From the NCBI GenBank assembly GCA_963755715.1, contig CAVWLW010000030.1:32001-96000 (forward strand): a stretch of 64,000 nucleotides of DNA. Direction: 5' to 3'. Made by a program: the position numbers and the translations under genes. This document shows, in pieces, positions 9,359 through 19,226 of the stretch; the stretch's first letter is position 1, and each line of letters begins with the position of its first letter. The DNA is from an uncultured delta proteobacterium (GTDB lineage Bacteria > Desulfobacterota > Binatia > UBA9968). The notes under the pieces were generated by a model that was given only the letters and a program-made list of their open reading frames with translations, ran no database searches and had not been told where the DNA came from.

Positions 9359-10477
9359 ATGAAACGCTATCTGGTGCTTGCGGTATTACTTACCCTTGTG
9401 GCTTGCCGGGAGCAGGATGGGCTGGACCCGGTCAGCGGGACTCACCCTAGGCCAGCACTGGCGCGCGACGACCAGGTTAATTTCAAATTTACCCAGGCTT
9501 CGTATGCCGAAGCGATCGAACGTGCTGGTCCGGGTGTCGTAACAATTCGGGCCACGCGCCGGCTGCGGGCGGTGCAACAGCATCCTTTTCTCGCCGATCC
9601 ATTGTCTGGCGACCTTCAAGCTCAAGCAGGCCGGCAATTAGCGCTGGGATCCGGCGTCATCGTGGAGCCCAACGGGATCATTCTCACCAACCATCATCTC
9701 ATGGATGGCTCGGACTCGATTGTCGTCGAGTTAGTGGATCGCCGCGTCTTCGCTGCAAAAGTGCTCTGCGCCGATCCGCCCAGCGACTTGGCAGTGCTAA
9801 AAATCGATGCCCGCAGTCTGCCAGCTTTGAGCCTTGGGGATTCCGACCGTGTCCGGGTCGGCGACGTCGCCCTGGCCATCGGCAATCCGCTGGGCATCGG
9901 CCAAACCGTCACCGCGGGAATCATCAGCGCCAAGGGCCGCTCCACCGGGTTCAGCAACGGCAGCTTCGAAGATTTCTTGCAGACCGATGCGCCGATCAAT
10001 CAGGGCAACTCCGGCGGCGCATTGATCAGCGCGAGAGGGGAGCTGATCGGCATCAACTCGCAAATTCTCTCAAATTCCGGCGGCAATATCGGCATCGGTT
10101 TCGCGATTCCTTCCAATATGGCGCGCAATGTTTTGCAGCAACTCCTGACGACGGGAAAAGTTCGGCGCAGCCGTTTGGGCGTGGCGACGCAACCGATAAC
10201 ACCCGAGACGGCGGCAAATTTGGGACTCAGCGATTGGCGCGGAGTTGTCATTAATACGGTTGCGCCGAACAGCCCCGCGGCGCGCGCCGGAATGCGTCAG
10301 GGCGACGTCATAGTCGCGTTCAACGGCGCGCCGGTCACGGACGGAAATTCCTTGCGCAATCATGTGGCCAGCACCTTGCCGGGCACAGCCGTCGGTTTTA
10401 CAGTGCTACGCAATCAGCACGAGCTGAAGATTCAGGTGATCTTGACGGAAATCGAGTTAAAAAACGGCACGAGTTAG
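9359..10477 (+). CDS. HtrA/DegP-family serine protease with one PDZ domain, probable lipoprotein
   Basis: MKRYLVLAVLLTLVA-C lipobox; GSGVIV, TNHH, SDLAVLKI, QTDAPINQGNSGG; a single PDZ domain. Confidence 0.92.
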   Translation: MKRYLVLAVLLTLVACREQDGLDPVSGTHPRPALARDDQVNFKFTQASYAEAIERAGPGVVTIRATRRLRAVQQHPFLADPLSGDLQAQAGRQLALGSGVIVEPNGIILTNHHLMDGSDSIVVELVDRRVFAAKVLCADPPSDLAVLKIDARSLPALSLGDSDRVRVGDVALAIGNPLGIGQTVTAGIISAKGRSTGFSNGSFEDFLQTDAPINQGNSGGALISARGELIGINSQILSNSGGNIGIGFAIPSNMARNVLQQLLTTGKVRRSRLGVATQPITPETAANLGLSDWRGVVINTVAPNSPAARAGMRQGDVIVAFNGAPVTDGNSLRNHVASTLPGTAVGFTVLRNQHELKIQVILTEIELKNGTS

Positions 10478-10543
10478 CGTACAGCAACCTATCGATTTAG
10501 GTTTCCGCGCGAAGCGCGGCAGCGTCTTCTCTCGTGCGAGGTT

Positions 10544-11260
10544 TTAAAGAAATTTTCGGTCCTTTATCGGGTCCGGCACCGTCAGCCCCATACCTTGGAT
10601 GATCGGGCCGACTTCTTTTATGAATTCCCAGCGCGCTTGACTGTTGCTGCGCCGCTTCAAACCCCAGTGGCAAAATCGATTCGATCGTTCAGAATCGCTC
10701 CGTCCGAACATATCCAACGCTTTGATGTACCAGAAGTCGACACTCCGTTGCGCGCGCTCCCGTTCTTCGTCGCCTTTAGCGGCAAGCTCGGCGGTCTGAT
10801 TGGTGCCGAAACCGATATGACCTATTTCCTCTTTCAGGATCTCCGGTAATATCCGTTGCAGCGGCAAATAACTGCAATCGAGAAATTCCTCCAGTTGATA
10901 GCGACCGACCCGATCGATCAGAAAGCCGAATACGGCAAAATCCTCCCAGGTTTTGATAACGCCGCGAAAGGCTTCTAGAGAGCGCTTCTGATTCGGTATG
11001 CTCAGCAGGAAAGACGTATCTGTACCAATGTCGCCGGCGAGCTTGGCGATTTTTCGGTAGTGGTCCATTTCTTCGGCGGCCGTGCGAGCGACGATCAATT
11101 GATTCACCTGACTGGGCGCCGTTGGCAAAATATCTTTGACGTAGAGATGGGGACCGCCGATTTCGCAGTCCGCTTGTATCGTCAGCACCCGTTCGAGCAA
11201 CTCCTTGTATTCCGCCGGCATTTTTTCCAAGTCTTCGCGCTCGATTTTATCTTCGAACAT
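10544..11260 (-). CDS. Ferritin-like diiron protein of the PaaA/PaaC (ring-1,2-phenylacetyl-CoA epoxidase) family
   Basis: MPAEYKELL..QADCEIGG, AP..EEMDH, SYLPL..ILKEEIGH, ALDMFG and WGLKRRSN. Confidence 0.75.
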   Translation of the reverse strand: MFEDKIEREDLEKMPAEYKELLERVLTIQADCEIGGPHLYVKDILPTAPSQVNQLIVARTAAEEMDHYRKIAKLAGDIGTDTSFLLSIPNQKRSLEAFRGVIKTWEDFAVFGFLIDRVGRYQLEEFLDCSYLPLQRILPEILKEEIGHIGFGTNQTAELAAKGDEERERAQRSVDFWYIKALDMFGRSDSERSNRFCHWGLKRRSNSQARWEFIKEVGPIIQGMGLTVPDPIKDRKFL

Positions 11261-11293
11261 GACATCCCCCCTTTACCGTCAAAAAAACTGTAA

Positions 11294-12076
11294 CTATCTC
11301 AATGATTGCTGTCGGCTTTCGCCCGGCCCTGACCACCTTGCCAAATAGGCTTGTCCGCGCTCATAGCCGCGGCGAAAAGCGTCTTGCTCGCACAGCGCGC
11401 CATGGCGTGCGCGCAAAATAGCCACTGCGTCATGCCATGATTTGCCGCGGCATTGCGGTTCCAGCGCCGCTTCGAAACCACGGCGATAAGTAGCTTCGAT
11501 GTCGGCGAACGAACCGTCTGGTGAATCATATTCAGCCTCTTCCGCATCGCGCAGGCCAATCCACCACTGCTTTCTCGCCGCATCGACGCTTTCCGCGCCT
11601 TCCTGGTCCATGATTGCGCGTGCCTGCTCGATGCGCTCATCACTTTCGGACGAAACGATAATCAAACTCCGCCCTTTTTTCAGCGCATCTTCATAAAGAA
11701 AAATTTCGTCCTTAGGTACGCCGTGGGTAAGCATGCGTTCGAACAAATCTCCCGCCGCGCCTCCCGCCACTGCGCCGCCGAGACCCAGCACGCCCGCACC
11801 CAATCCGATCGCCAAGATCGGCCCAACACCCGGCAACAAAAGACTCCCAACGATCGCCCCGCCGGCAAGTCCGACTGCGCCTCCGGCGATACTGCCGATA
11901 GCCTTGCCCATACCCGGCTGTTCGGCATCCTCGGTCGCTATGGTTTCGACTTGATCGGGAAACTGCTCGGGCGTGAGCATAACCAGATTTTCATCTTTGA
12001 AATCGGCGCGCCGCAATTTTTCCCAGGCTGCCTGCGCGCTTCGTCGATCAGCAAAAATTCCCACGGCGTGGTTCAT
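11294..12076 (-). CDS. General stress protein (YflT/glycine-zipper type)
   Basis: VGIFADRRSAQAA, a Gly-rich hydrophobic core (GGAVGLAGG..PGVGPILAIG) and GVPKDEIFLYEDALKKG; GGAGG RBS. Confidence 0.7.
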   Translation of the reverse strand: MNHAVGIFADRRSAQAAWEKLRRADFKDENLVMLTPEQFPDQVETIATEDAEQPGMGKAIGSIAGGAVGLAGGAIVGSLLLPGVGPILAIGLGAGVLGLGGAVAGGAAGDLFERMLTHGVPKDEIFLYEDALKKGRSLIIVSSESDERIEQARAIMDQEGAESVDAARKQWWIGLRDAEEAEYDSPDGSFADIEATYRRGFEAALEPQCRGKSWHDAVAILRARHGALCEQDAFRRGYERGQAYLARWSGPGESRQQSLR

Positions 12077-12110
12077 AGCGTTCCTCCGATCCTTTTTTGT
12101 CTATGTAGGA

Positions 12111-12125
12111 GCAATCAATGCGCCA
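12111..12125 (-). promoter_or_regulatory. sigma54 -24/-12 promoter
   Basis: Minus strand TGGCGCATTGATTGC, 35 nt before ATG 12076. Confidence 0.7.
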
Positions 12126-12317
12126 GCCAACTCGCGCCGATCGTTTCAGGTAAATCCATTGAAAAATCAATAGATTTTTCGTTAAGACGTGGCGGCTTCG
12201 AACGCCGCGGAATAGGCAATCAACCTACCGTGCAAGCAAATCTGCAGGAGGAAATAGTGGACCAAACATGCGGTTTAGCTCAAATTAACAATCAAAGAAC
12301 CGTCGAGGCGAACGATG

Positions 12318-12881
12318 CTAAATTTTCCCGATCAGGTCCATCCCGGGTCTAAGCGTCTTTTTTCCCGGTCGCCAGTTGGCGGGACAGACTTCGCCTTCGT
12401 GGCCGCGCACGAAAATTGCTGCCTGCAACTTGCGCAAAATCTCGTCGGCGCTTCGCCCGATGCTATTATCATGGACTTCGTAAGCACGCAGGACCCCGTC
12501 GGGATCTACGATGTAGGTGGCGCGCAACGAAATGCCGTTTTCTTCGATGTAAGTCCCGAAATAGCGACATAGCTTCGCAGCGGGATCGGCGACCATCGGA
12601 TATTGAATCTTTTTTATCGCGGGCGACTGATCGTGCCAAGCCTTATGCACGTAAGCGGTGTCCGTGCTCACGCTGAGAATTTCTGCCCCGGCCTTTTTGA
12701 ATTCTTCGTAATGGTCCGCCGCATCCTCGAGCTCCGTCGGACAAACAAAGGTGAAATCCGCCGGATAAAATAGCAAGACCAACCATTTGCCTTCGTAAAA
12801 TGATAAACGGATTTTTTTGATTTCGCCGTCGTGATAGGCGTCGCACTCAAAATCATTGATCTTGTGGCCGACTTGTATCAT
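12318..12881 (-). CDS. ahpC: Alkyl hydroperoxide reductase C (2-Cys peroxiredoxin)
   Basis: FYPADFTFVCPTEL and GEVCPANW; start at MIQVGHK. Confidence 0.95.
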   Translation of the reverse strand: MIQVGHKINDFECDAYHDGEIKKIRLSFYEGKWLVLLFYPADFTFVCPTELEDAADHYEEFKKAGAEILSVSTDTAYVHKAWHDQSPAIKKIQYPMVADPAAKLCRYFGTYIEENGISLRATYIVDPDGVLRAYEVHDNSIGRSADEILRKLQAAIFVRGHEGEVCPANWRPGKKTLRPGMDLIGKI

Positions 12882-13125
12882 GAAAACGATCCTTTCTGGT
12901 TTTCTCCTCGAGTTCGCGACAAGCCTTGAAACAATCCACGCGACTACGTTGAGGGAGAGCAAGCGACGTACCAGAGAAAGACAAACCGCTTCCAAAGGTA
13001 ACAAATGGCTGGCTATGTGTCGGCAGCGAGACAATCTTCGAGATACCGTGTCGCCGGCGCTACAAGTCAATACGAATGTTTGACGATGAATCTGGTGATC
13101 AAAAAAGCGAGCAGCTGGCCGGCAT

Positions 13126-14235
13126 CTACGTCAGATGATTCTTTGACGGCAAAACCACTCTAAAGGTCGTCCCCATTCCGGGTGTGCTCGAATAGTCGAT
13201 GGAGCCCTTATGTGCCTCGACAATTTGCCGTGCGATCGCTAGGCCCAAGCCCGTTCCATTCGGTTTGGTCGAGCGAAATAGGTCGAAGACATTCAGGCCC
13301 AGCGGAATCCCTTGACCGGTATCGGCAATTTCAATGCAGGCATTGCCGTTGTTCGCATAACATTTGGCCGTCAACGTTCCACCTTGGGGCATCGCTTCGA
13401 AGGAATTTTTGATTAAATTGAGAAAGACCTGTTTAAGCTTGTCCGCGTCGCCCGAGACTTGCGGCACGTCCGGATCGAATTGCTCGACGATTGCAACTTT
13501 TTCTTGGAGAGATTCCGGCAGCAGCAGCGCAATCAGCCCGCGTACGAGTTCTGTTGGTTGGACGCGCCGGCAATTAACTTGCTGCGGGTATGAGAGCGTA
13601 TGAAAGTCGTTGAGCAGCGTTTGCAGCCGGCCAATCTCGTTTTTTAGATCCTGCACCGTGCTCACGATCATTTCTTTGCTGAGATTGAAATTATTTTGTA
13701 ACGACCGTTCTAAAAATTGTACGGTTGTCGACATGCCGTTTAGCGGATTTCGGATCTCATGAGCCAACATGGCCGTCGCCGTCCCGATCGCCGCCATATG
13801 CCCTTTTTCTTTTAGGCGCTCCTGGAGTTCTTTTTGCTCACTGTCGTCGCTTAAAAGAATGAGATGCCCCTTGACGGCTCCTGTGTCATCACGCAACGCC
13901 AGCGCCTCCAACTGCGCATACAAATACGACCCGTCTTTGCGCTGCAGCCAGTCGGAAATGACAACGCTATTTTGGCGCTGCGCCTTTTCAATCGTTTGTT
14001 GCCATTTAGTTTCACCGGTCGGCGCAACTCTGAAAAGCGTCGGAAAATGGACGCCTTCCATTTCTTGACTCGGATAACCTAGAATCTTTTCCGTCCCTCG
14101 GTTGGAACGAACGACTTCATCCTCGAGGCCAAGAAATAAAATAGCGTAATTGGTCAAATTGCCCATCAAGCTTTCATCGAGCGACGAGGGGTGGATTGGT
14201 TTCGGGGTCAAAGCTGACAATTCTCGTTTTTCCAC
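13126..14235 (-). CDS. Soluble PAS-domain sensor histidine kinase (NtrB-like), orphan
   Basis: PAS domain (NRGTEKILGY, RKDGS), H-box AHEIRNPL, NLIKNS, DTGQGI and GTGLGLAI; no TM segment and no adjacent response regulator. Confidence 0.9.
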   Translation of the reverse strand: MEKRELSALTPKPIHPSSLDESLMGNLTNYAILFLGLEDEVVRSNRGTEKILGYPSQEMEGVHFPTLFRVAPTGETKWQQTIEKAQRQNSVVISDWLQRKDGSYLYAQLEALALRDDTGAVKGHLILLSDDSEQKELQERLKEKGHMAAIGTATAMLAHEIRNPLNGMSTTVQFLERSLQNNFNLSKEMIVSTVQDLKNEIGRLQTLLNDFHTLSYPQQVNCRRVQPTELVRGLIALLLPESLQEKVAIVEQFDPDVPQVSGDADKLKQVFLNLIKNSFEAMPQGGTLTAKCYANNGNACIEIADTGQGIPLGLNVFDLFRSTKPNGTGLGLAIARQIVEAHKGSIDYSSTPGMGTTFRVVLPSKNHLT

Positions 14236-14507
14236 GGCAAATCGACTGTCTCAACACTGAGAATTTGGCGACGATTCTATCGGGTGGCCATAGAGTGTTT
14301 CAGCATGGCGACAGGCCAGCTCTCTCTACTCTCAATCTTGGTACACGCATAGTCCTAAATCAACCCATCTCTGCTGAAAACCATTCACGATGTGCGATGT
14401 GGCGGTTAATTCTGGCGGCAAATGAGGCGATTTCCCTTCAGATGCTGATTTGAACCAGCTTGTTATGCCACTCGCGAGACGATGGTTTCGTATCGTCTCG
14501 TTTTTCC

Positions 14508-14522
14508 GGGAACAACGCTTGC
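14508..14522 (+). promoter_or_regulatory. Possible sigma54 promoter
   Basis: GGGAACAACGCTTGC (GG-N10-GC with a weaker -24), 64 nt before ATG 14586. Confidence 0.45.
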
Positions 14523-14585
14523 ACTTACATGGCGTTAAATGGCGCTACGAATCTTTTGCGACAGATTAAAGCTTAAAGTGCGGCA

Positions 14586-16151
14586 ATGAGTAAACATCTT
14601 TCGCCGTTGGTCGCCGCAATGCTGCGGCCGGAGTTTTACCCGGACAAACCCGCCGAGGTGGAGCTTCGGCAAACCCACATATCATACGTATTTATCGCCG
14701 GAGCCCGTGTTTATAAGGTCAAGAAAAACGTCAAATTTCCTTTTTTAGATTATTCGACTTTAGACAAACGTCGCCACTTCTGCGCGGAGGAAGTGCGCCT
14801 AAACCGGCGGCTAGCGCCGAGCACCTACCTGGGCACTGTCGGGATTTGCCGCGTGGGAACAGCCTTCTCCCTCAATCGAGACTCAAGCCACCCTGCCGAA
14901 GAATATGCGGTCGAGATGAACCGGCTCCCCGACTCTCGAATGCTTAGCGCGTTATTGCGTCACGATGCGGTTGATTCGGAGTGTTTGATCGCGATCGCAA
15001 CAAAACTTGCCGCTTTTCACGCGCGCGCGCCTTCCGACAAAGCGGCGATTTACGGCTCGCCGCAAACGATCGCCGCTAATCTTCGAGAAAATTTCCGCGC
15101 CACCCGGCCATTCGTCGATCGCACGATTACCGGACCTTCCTTCAAGACCATAAAAGCCTACAGCGAGGCGTTTCAAAAGGAGCACGCCGCGCTCATCGCC
15201 GGGCGAATGGCTCAAGGCCGCGTCCGCGAAGGCCACGGCGATTTGCGCGCGGAACATATCTGCTTGGTGGGCGAAATAGAAATCTTCGATTGCGTGGAAT
15301 TCGATGCAGCGCTCCGATATGGCGACATCGCCTCGGACATTGCTTTTCTCGCGATGGATTTAGATTTTTTCGGCTGCGCGCACTTATCGCGTCAGTTCGA
15401 AAGCGCCTACGCAGCAGCGGCACGCGATCCGGCAATGGCAACCTTACTGCCCTTTTATAAATGTTACCGCGCCTATGTCCGCGGTAAAGTCGAGAGCCTC
15501 AAAAGCGAGGAGCAAGAAATTTCCTCCGCCGATCGCCAACGCGCGTCTCTGCAGGCGTTGCGTTACTTCTGTCTGGCGACCCGATATACCGAAAGTCGGC
15601 GAAAGCCGATCCTGCTAATCGTTTGCGGCCTGATCGCGACGGGAAAATCGACCGTAGCCGGATTGGTTTCCAATCTGACGGGCTTTCCGGTTTTCAGTTC
15701 CGATCAGGTCCGGAAAAAACTCGCCGGCATGGCGCCGACGAGCCGGCGAACCGACAAATTCCAACAAGGCATCTACGCCGAGCAATTCACCGAGCAAACG
15801 TACGCGAGTTTACTCGAGGCGGCGGAGCAATGCCTGGCGAGGGGCAACGGCGTTATTATCGACGCCACTTTTGCGGCGCCGCGATATCGTAATCAATTTC
15901 TTGATCTGGCCGGCCGCTTCAACGTTCCGGTGCTCTTCATTGAATGTCGGAGCGCAGAAAGAACCATCCGCGAGCGGCTCGCCGCAAGGGAAAAAGATCC
16001 GAACGAAGTCTCTGATGCGACCTGGGCGGTTTATCGAACAATGCGCGAGCAATTTAAGGCATTCTCGGAACTACCCAAGAATTGCCACATTGAATTGAAC
16101 ACCGATCGGAATCTCGCGCGCGCTCTAGGTAAATTGCAGGCGAAGCTGTGA
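14586..16151 (+). CDS. Bifunctional aminoglycoside-phosphotransferase-like kinase / AAA_33 P-loop protein (Rv2004c-like)
   Basis: QTHIS, YKVKK, EVRLNRRLAP, GHGDLRAEHI, FDCVEF and YRAYVRGKV; Walker A CGLIATGKST; SDATW. Confidence 0.9.
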   Translation: MSKHLSPLVAAMLRPEFYPDKPAEVELRQTHISYVFIAGARVYKVKKNVKFPFLDYSTLDKRRHFCAEEVRLNRRLAPSTYLGTVGICRVGTAFSLNRDSSHPAEEYAVEMNRLPDSRMLSALLRHDAVDSECLIAIATKLAAFHARAPSDKAAIYGSPQTIAANLRENFRATRPFVDRTITGPSFKTIKAYSEAFQKEHAALIAGRMAQGRVREGHGDLRAEHICLVGEIEIFDCVEFDAALRYGDIASDIAFLAMDLDFFGCAHLSRQFESAYAAAARDPAMATLLPFYKCYRAYVRGKVESLKSEEQEISSADRQRASLQALRYFCLATRYTESRRKPILLIVCGLIATGKSTVAGLVSNLTGFPVFSSDQVRKKLAGMAPTSRRTDKFQQGIYAEQFTEQTYASLLEAAEQCLARGNGVIIDATFAAPRYRNQFLDLAGRFNVPVLFIECRSAERTIRERLAAREKDPNEVSDATWAVYRTMREQFKAFSELPKNCHIELNTDRNLARALGKLQAKL

Positions 16152-16204
16152 ATGCGAAATTCACAGCTCGCCGCAATTCTGCGAGTTCCTACGAGCCAAA
16201 CGTC

Positions 16205-16825
16205 TTAAGCAACGGCTCGTACCGCCGCGGGCGTCGCCAGCCGACGATGGACCGTGTCCCAATCGACGTTGGCGAAAAATGCTTCAATATACTTACCGCG
16301 CTCCGCCGGTTTGTAGTCGAGTAGAAAGGCATGCTCCCAGACGTCCATGACCAAAATCGGTTTGAAACCGGACGGCACCCCGTCCTGATGCAGCGCAACC
16401 CAATGATTCGAAAGTCGCTCGGTTACCGGGTCCTGATACAAGATGGCCCAGCCGACGCCGCGCATTTCTCCGACGGCGGCAAACGCCTGATGCCAGTTGT
16501 CGAAACCGTCGAAGCACTGCTCGACGGCGTGCTTGAAATCGGCGGACGGACTGCCTTTGCCCTTTGCCGCAAGGTTTTCAAAATAATACTCGTGCAACAC
16601 CATGCCGCCGTATTCGAATCCCAAGCGACGGGTCAGCTCGGCGTAAGCCGGGTCTTTTCCTGACGCCTCTTTGTTGCGGATGATTTCAGCAATTTGCTCG
16701 TTGAGTAAATTGGTATTTTTCACGTAGCCTTCGTAAAGGCCAAAGTGCATTTTCAAGGTCTCGTCCGATATTCCCTTCAATCCGGAGAGCTTAAATTCCT
16801 TCGCTTTGTAAGTAGAATGCGCCAT
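16205..16825 (-). CDS. Fe/Mn superoxide dismutase family protein
   Basis: GISDETLKMH..LY.GYV, LHEYYFENL, GVGWA and DVWEHAF. Confidence 0.9.
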   Translation of the reverse strand: MAHSTYKAKEFKLSGLKGISDETLKMHFGLYEGYVKNTNLLNEQIAEIIRNKEASGKDPAYAELTRRLGFEYGGMVLHEYYFENLAAKGKGSPSADFKHAVEQCFDGFDNWHQAFAAVGEMRGVGWAILYQDPVTERLSNHWVALHQDGVPSGFKPILVMDVWEHAFLLDYKPAERGKYIEAFFANVDWDTVHRRLATPAAVRAVA

Positions 16826-16922
16826 TGTTCTTCCTTTCGTCGATAAGATTCTTCTAAATAACGCAAAGGTGATACCAAATTTTGCCTGCTGCGGGCCGTC
16901 GCGAAAGTGGGACAAATACATA

Positions 16923-16937
16923 GCTCGATATGTGCCA
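16923..16937 (-). promoter_or_regulatory. Possible sigma54 promoter for the SOD gene
   Basis: Minus strand TGGCACATATCGAGC: good -24, GC at -12 but lacking the TT. Confidence 0.45.
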
Positions 16938-17010
16938 AATTTAAGAAGCGAAACGGCCGGTCGCCCGTTCGATTTGGCTATAAAAGAGCCATCCTTGTCG
17001 TCGAGCGCCA

Positions 17011-17025
17011 TGGCACGTCTGTTGC
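17011..17025 (+). promoter_or_regulatory. sigma54 -24/-12 promoter (consensus)
   Basis: TGGCACGTCTGTTGC matches TGGCACG-N4-TTGC. Confidence 0.8.
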
Positions 17026-17038
17026 GCATTAAAAAAGA

Positions 17039-17552
17039 ATGGCAGATCGTCAGCATATTTTGGTTGCTATCAATGATTTTCCGATGACACAGCATCTTGA
17101 AGACTGCTTGCGGAAAACGGTTAAAGACCGAACTGCAGTGACGATCCATCTGTTTCATGCGCTCGGGCCGTTGCCGCCGCAACTGCTCGAATCACGCGGA
17201 GCTGAGGATCCCACAGACGAAAAGAAAGTCGAAGCCGAGCAAATTCAACAGCAAGAGTCTTGGTTTATTCGCGCACGGCAAGAAGCCGAACTTCTCTTGC
17301 AAACCGCAACAGCTCGGCTGCGAGATCTTTCTGTCTGACACCGAGATTAAATCTCATTTTGTCCTGCTGTATCAGCGCGAAGATCTGGTCGCCGAAATTC
17401 TTAAAGCGGCGCATCACAATGATTGTGCAACGATTATCGTCGGCCACAAATCCTACCCCTGGCTGCGCGAGCAGTTCCATGCGCATACCGCTGTGCAATT
17501 GAAATCGGCTTCACCGGACGTAACGGTTTGCGCCGTAGCCGTAAATGTATAG
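17039..17552 (+). CDS. Universal stress protein, frameshifted near 17330
   Basis: HILVAIND..TIHLFHAL in the first frame, then EILKAAHHNDCATIIVGH..TVCAV in the second frame. Confidence 0.75.
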
Positions 17553-17606
17553 TACCGGGTTGGCAAACCAGTGAATACGTGATGGCCCCTTCGACTAAAG
17601 ATCTTA

Positions 17607-18116
17607 ATGGCTAAGAGCATCCAAGTCCCGCTACGTGAAAAGCTGTCACTTGCGTTTACGCTGATTGAAGACACTATTTACGTCGGACTTGGTCTGCTGC
17701 TCGCCGGTGTCGCCGCCGCTCTGCTCGTCACTGAAATCGTTTTCTTCAGCCAGTACATTCTTGCTGGAGAATTGTCCGACAACATCGTTATGCTGCTCGA
17801 CCGCATCCTGCTCATTATTATCTTTGCTGAAGTCTTGTACACGGTGCAGGTTTCTTTTCGCCAGCACATGCTCCAGCCCGGCCCGTTTTTGGTCGTGGGA
17901 CTGATCGCTGTAACTCGGCGGATCCTTGTCCTCACGGCCGAACTACCCAAAATGGTGAAAGAAAACGAAGCGATTTTCTACAATGCCATGATCGAACTTG
18001 GCTTGCTCACCGTTTTGATCGTGGCGTTGGTGGTTTCCCTACGGCTGATTCGGCCAAGCGATCCCAATGCCGCGGCGGAAGACAAATCGACGCCACAAAT
18101 TAAACGCGGGGCCTGA
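17607..18116 (+). CDS. PsiE family membrane protein
   Basis: Four TM segments; LDRILLIIIFAEVLYTV and PFLVVGLIAVTRRIL. Confidence 0.8.
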   Translation: MAKSIQVPLREKLSLAFTLIEDTIYVGLGLLLAGVAAALLVTEIVFFSQYILAGELSDNIVMLLDRILLIIIFAEVLYTVQVSFRQHMLQPGPFLVVGLIAVTRRILVLTAELPKMVKENEAIFYNAMIELGLLTVLIVALVVSLRLIRPSDPNAAAEDKSTPQIKRGA

Positions 18117-18187
18117 TGGCTCATAGCGAGCGCACACTGTGGGGAGAAGTTTTTGAATTTACCAGCCCATCGGCGCTGAATTAGGGC

Positions 18188-18502
18188 TCAATTGCGCGAT
18201 CCAGTAATTCTGAACAGCTCGCGTTTGGACGCCTGCTGCAAAAGCCCGGATACTTGCTGTGACCATGAATGAAAATCGCCATTCGCTGTTACTTTTTGGA
18301 TTTGCGTTTCGAGCGCGCCGAGATCCTCCGCTTCCTGCTCGAACAGCAAATCCGGCGCGCCGATCGAGCCAAAATGCGTGCGCATGATTCTTGGCTTGCT
18401 CCCGCCGGCTTCTTCAACCCATTTGAGAAGCTTCATGAGCTTGCCTTCGACCTCATCGGTTTTTCCGGGCAATGTGTGAAAACTCAATCGCGATAAAAAC
18501 AC
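18188..18502 (-). CDS. Hypothetical protein, probable dimeric alpha-beta barrel (NIPSNAP-like)
   Basis: 104 aa, GGAGG RBS before GTG; LPGK motif after the first beta strand. Confidence 0.55.
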   Translation of the reverse strand: MFLSRLSFHTLPGKTDEVEGKLMKLLKWVEEAGGSKPRIMRTHFGSIGAPDLLFEQEAEDLGALETQIQKVTANGDFHSWSQQVSGLLQQASKRELFRITGSRN

Positions 18503-18535
18503 GACCTAAGCCCTCCAATAAAACAAGATTGAATA

Positions 18536-18856
18536 TTAAAACTGTTCTTTGTCCAGACAGCGACTCCACACAAGAAAACCCACGGCCGCGCCGGTCAGGA
18601 CACCTAACGTTATCCACGGCCTCGCCTGGACGTAAGAGATCGCTACATCCGCTCCATGTCGGGCTTCTTTCAAAATATCTTCCTTCTGAATGAGCTGATC
18701 TCTTATCGACTGTAAGGTTCGGCGCACTTGTCCGCGTAACGAGGACAAGCCGTCATCCGCCTGCTCGGCCGTGGCTTTCATTAACTCTTCCACGTCTTCC
18801 GTCAGCGTTTTGAGATTAGATAACAGCCTTTGGCGCGCAATTTCGGCTCGGGTCAT
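18536..18856 (-). CDS. DUF883 (ElaB/YqjD) family tail-anchored protein
   Basis: LKTLTEDVEELMKATA ... YVQARPWITLGVLTGAAVGFL. Confidence 0.85.
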   Translation of the reverse strand: MTRAEIARQRLLSNLKTLTEDVEELMKATAEQADDGLSSLRGQVRRTLQSIRDQLIQKEDILKEARHGADVAISYVQARPWITLGVLTGAAVGFLVWSRCLDKEQF

Positions 18857-18912
18857 ATAAATTCTCCCGCATCTAAACTTCACGACCGATTATGGTATGG
18901 TTAGGTTTTAAA

Positions 18913-18927
18913 GCAAGTTATGTGCCG
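18913..18927 (-). promoter_or_regulatory. sigma54 -24/-12 promoter
   Basis: Minus strand CGGCACATAACTTGC, about 57 nt before ATG 18856. Confidence 0.7.
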
Positions 18928-19226
18928 AATTTGATTTCCTATCCTTAAATAAATTGTGACAACAGTGAAGGATTAAATGCTTTTAGTTTGTCCGCACGCC
19001 TCTCACAGTTTCACAATGTTGAAAAAGTCGCGGCGAGTGCAACCGACCGGCGGTGGTTGTACGAAAAACTCAGACAGAGAAGAAGAAAAACTCAGAATTG
19101 AAGATTTATTTAGATCGCGGCGTGCGCGTTAGAGAGGGAATCAGGAGTTAGCCGTAGACGTTGATCGATAATTCGACGGAGAAATCGACGAGGGAAAATG
19201 AAACGCCTCTGGGCTTCGATTGAAAA

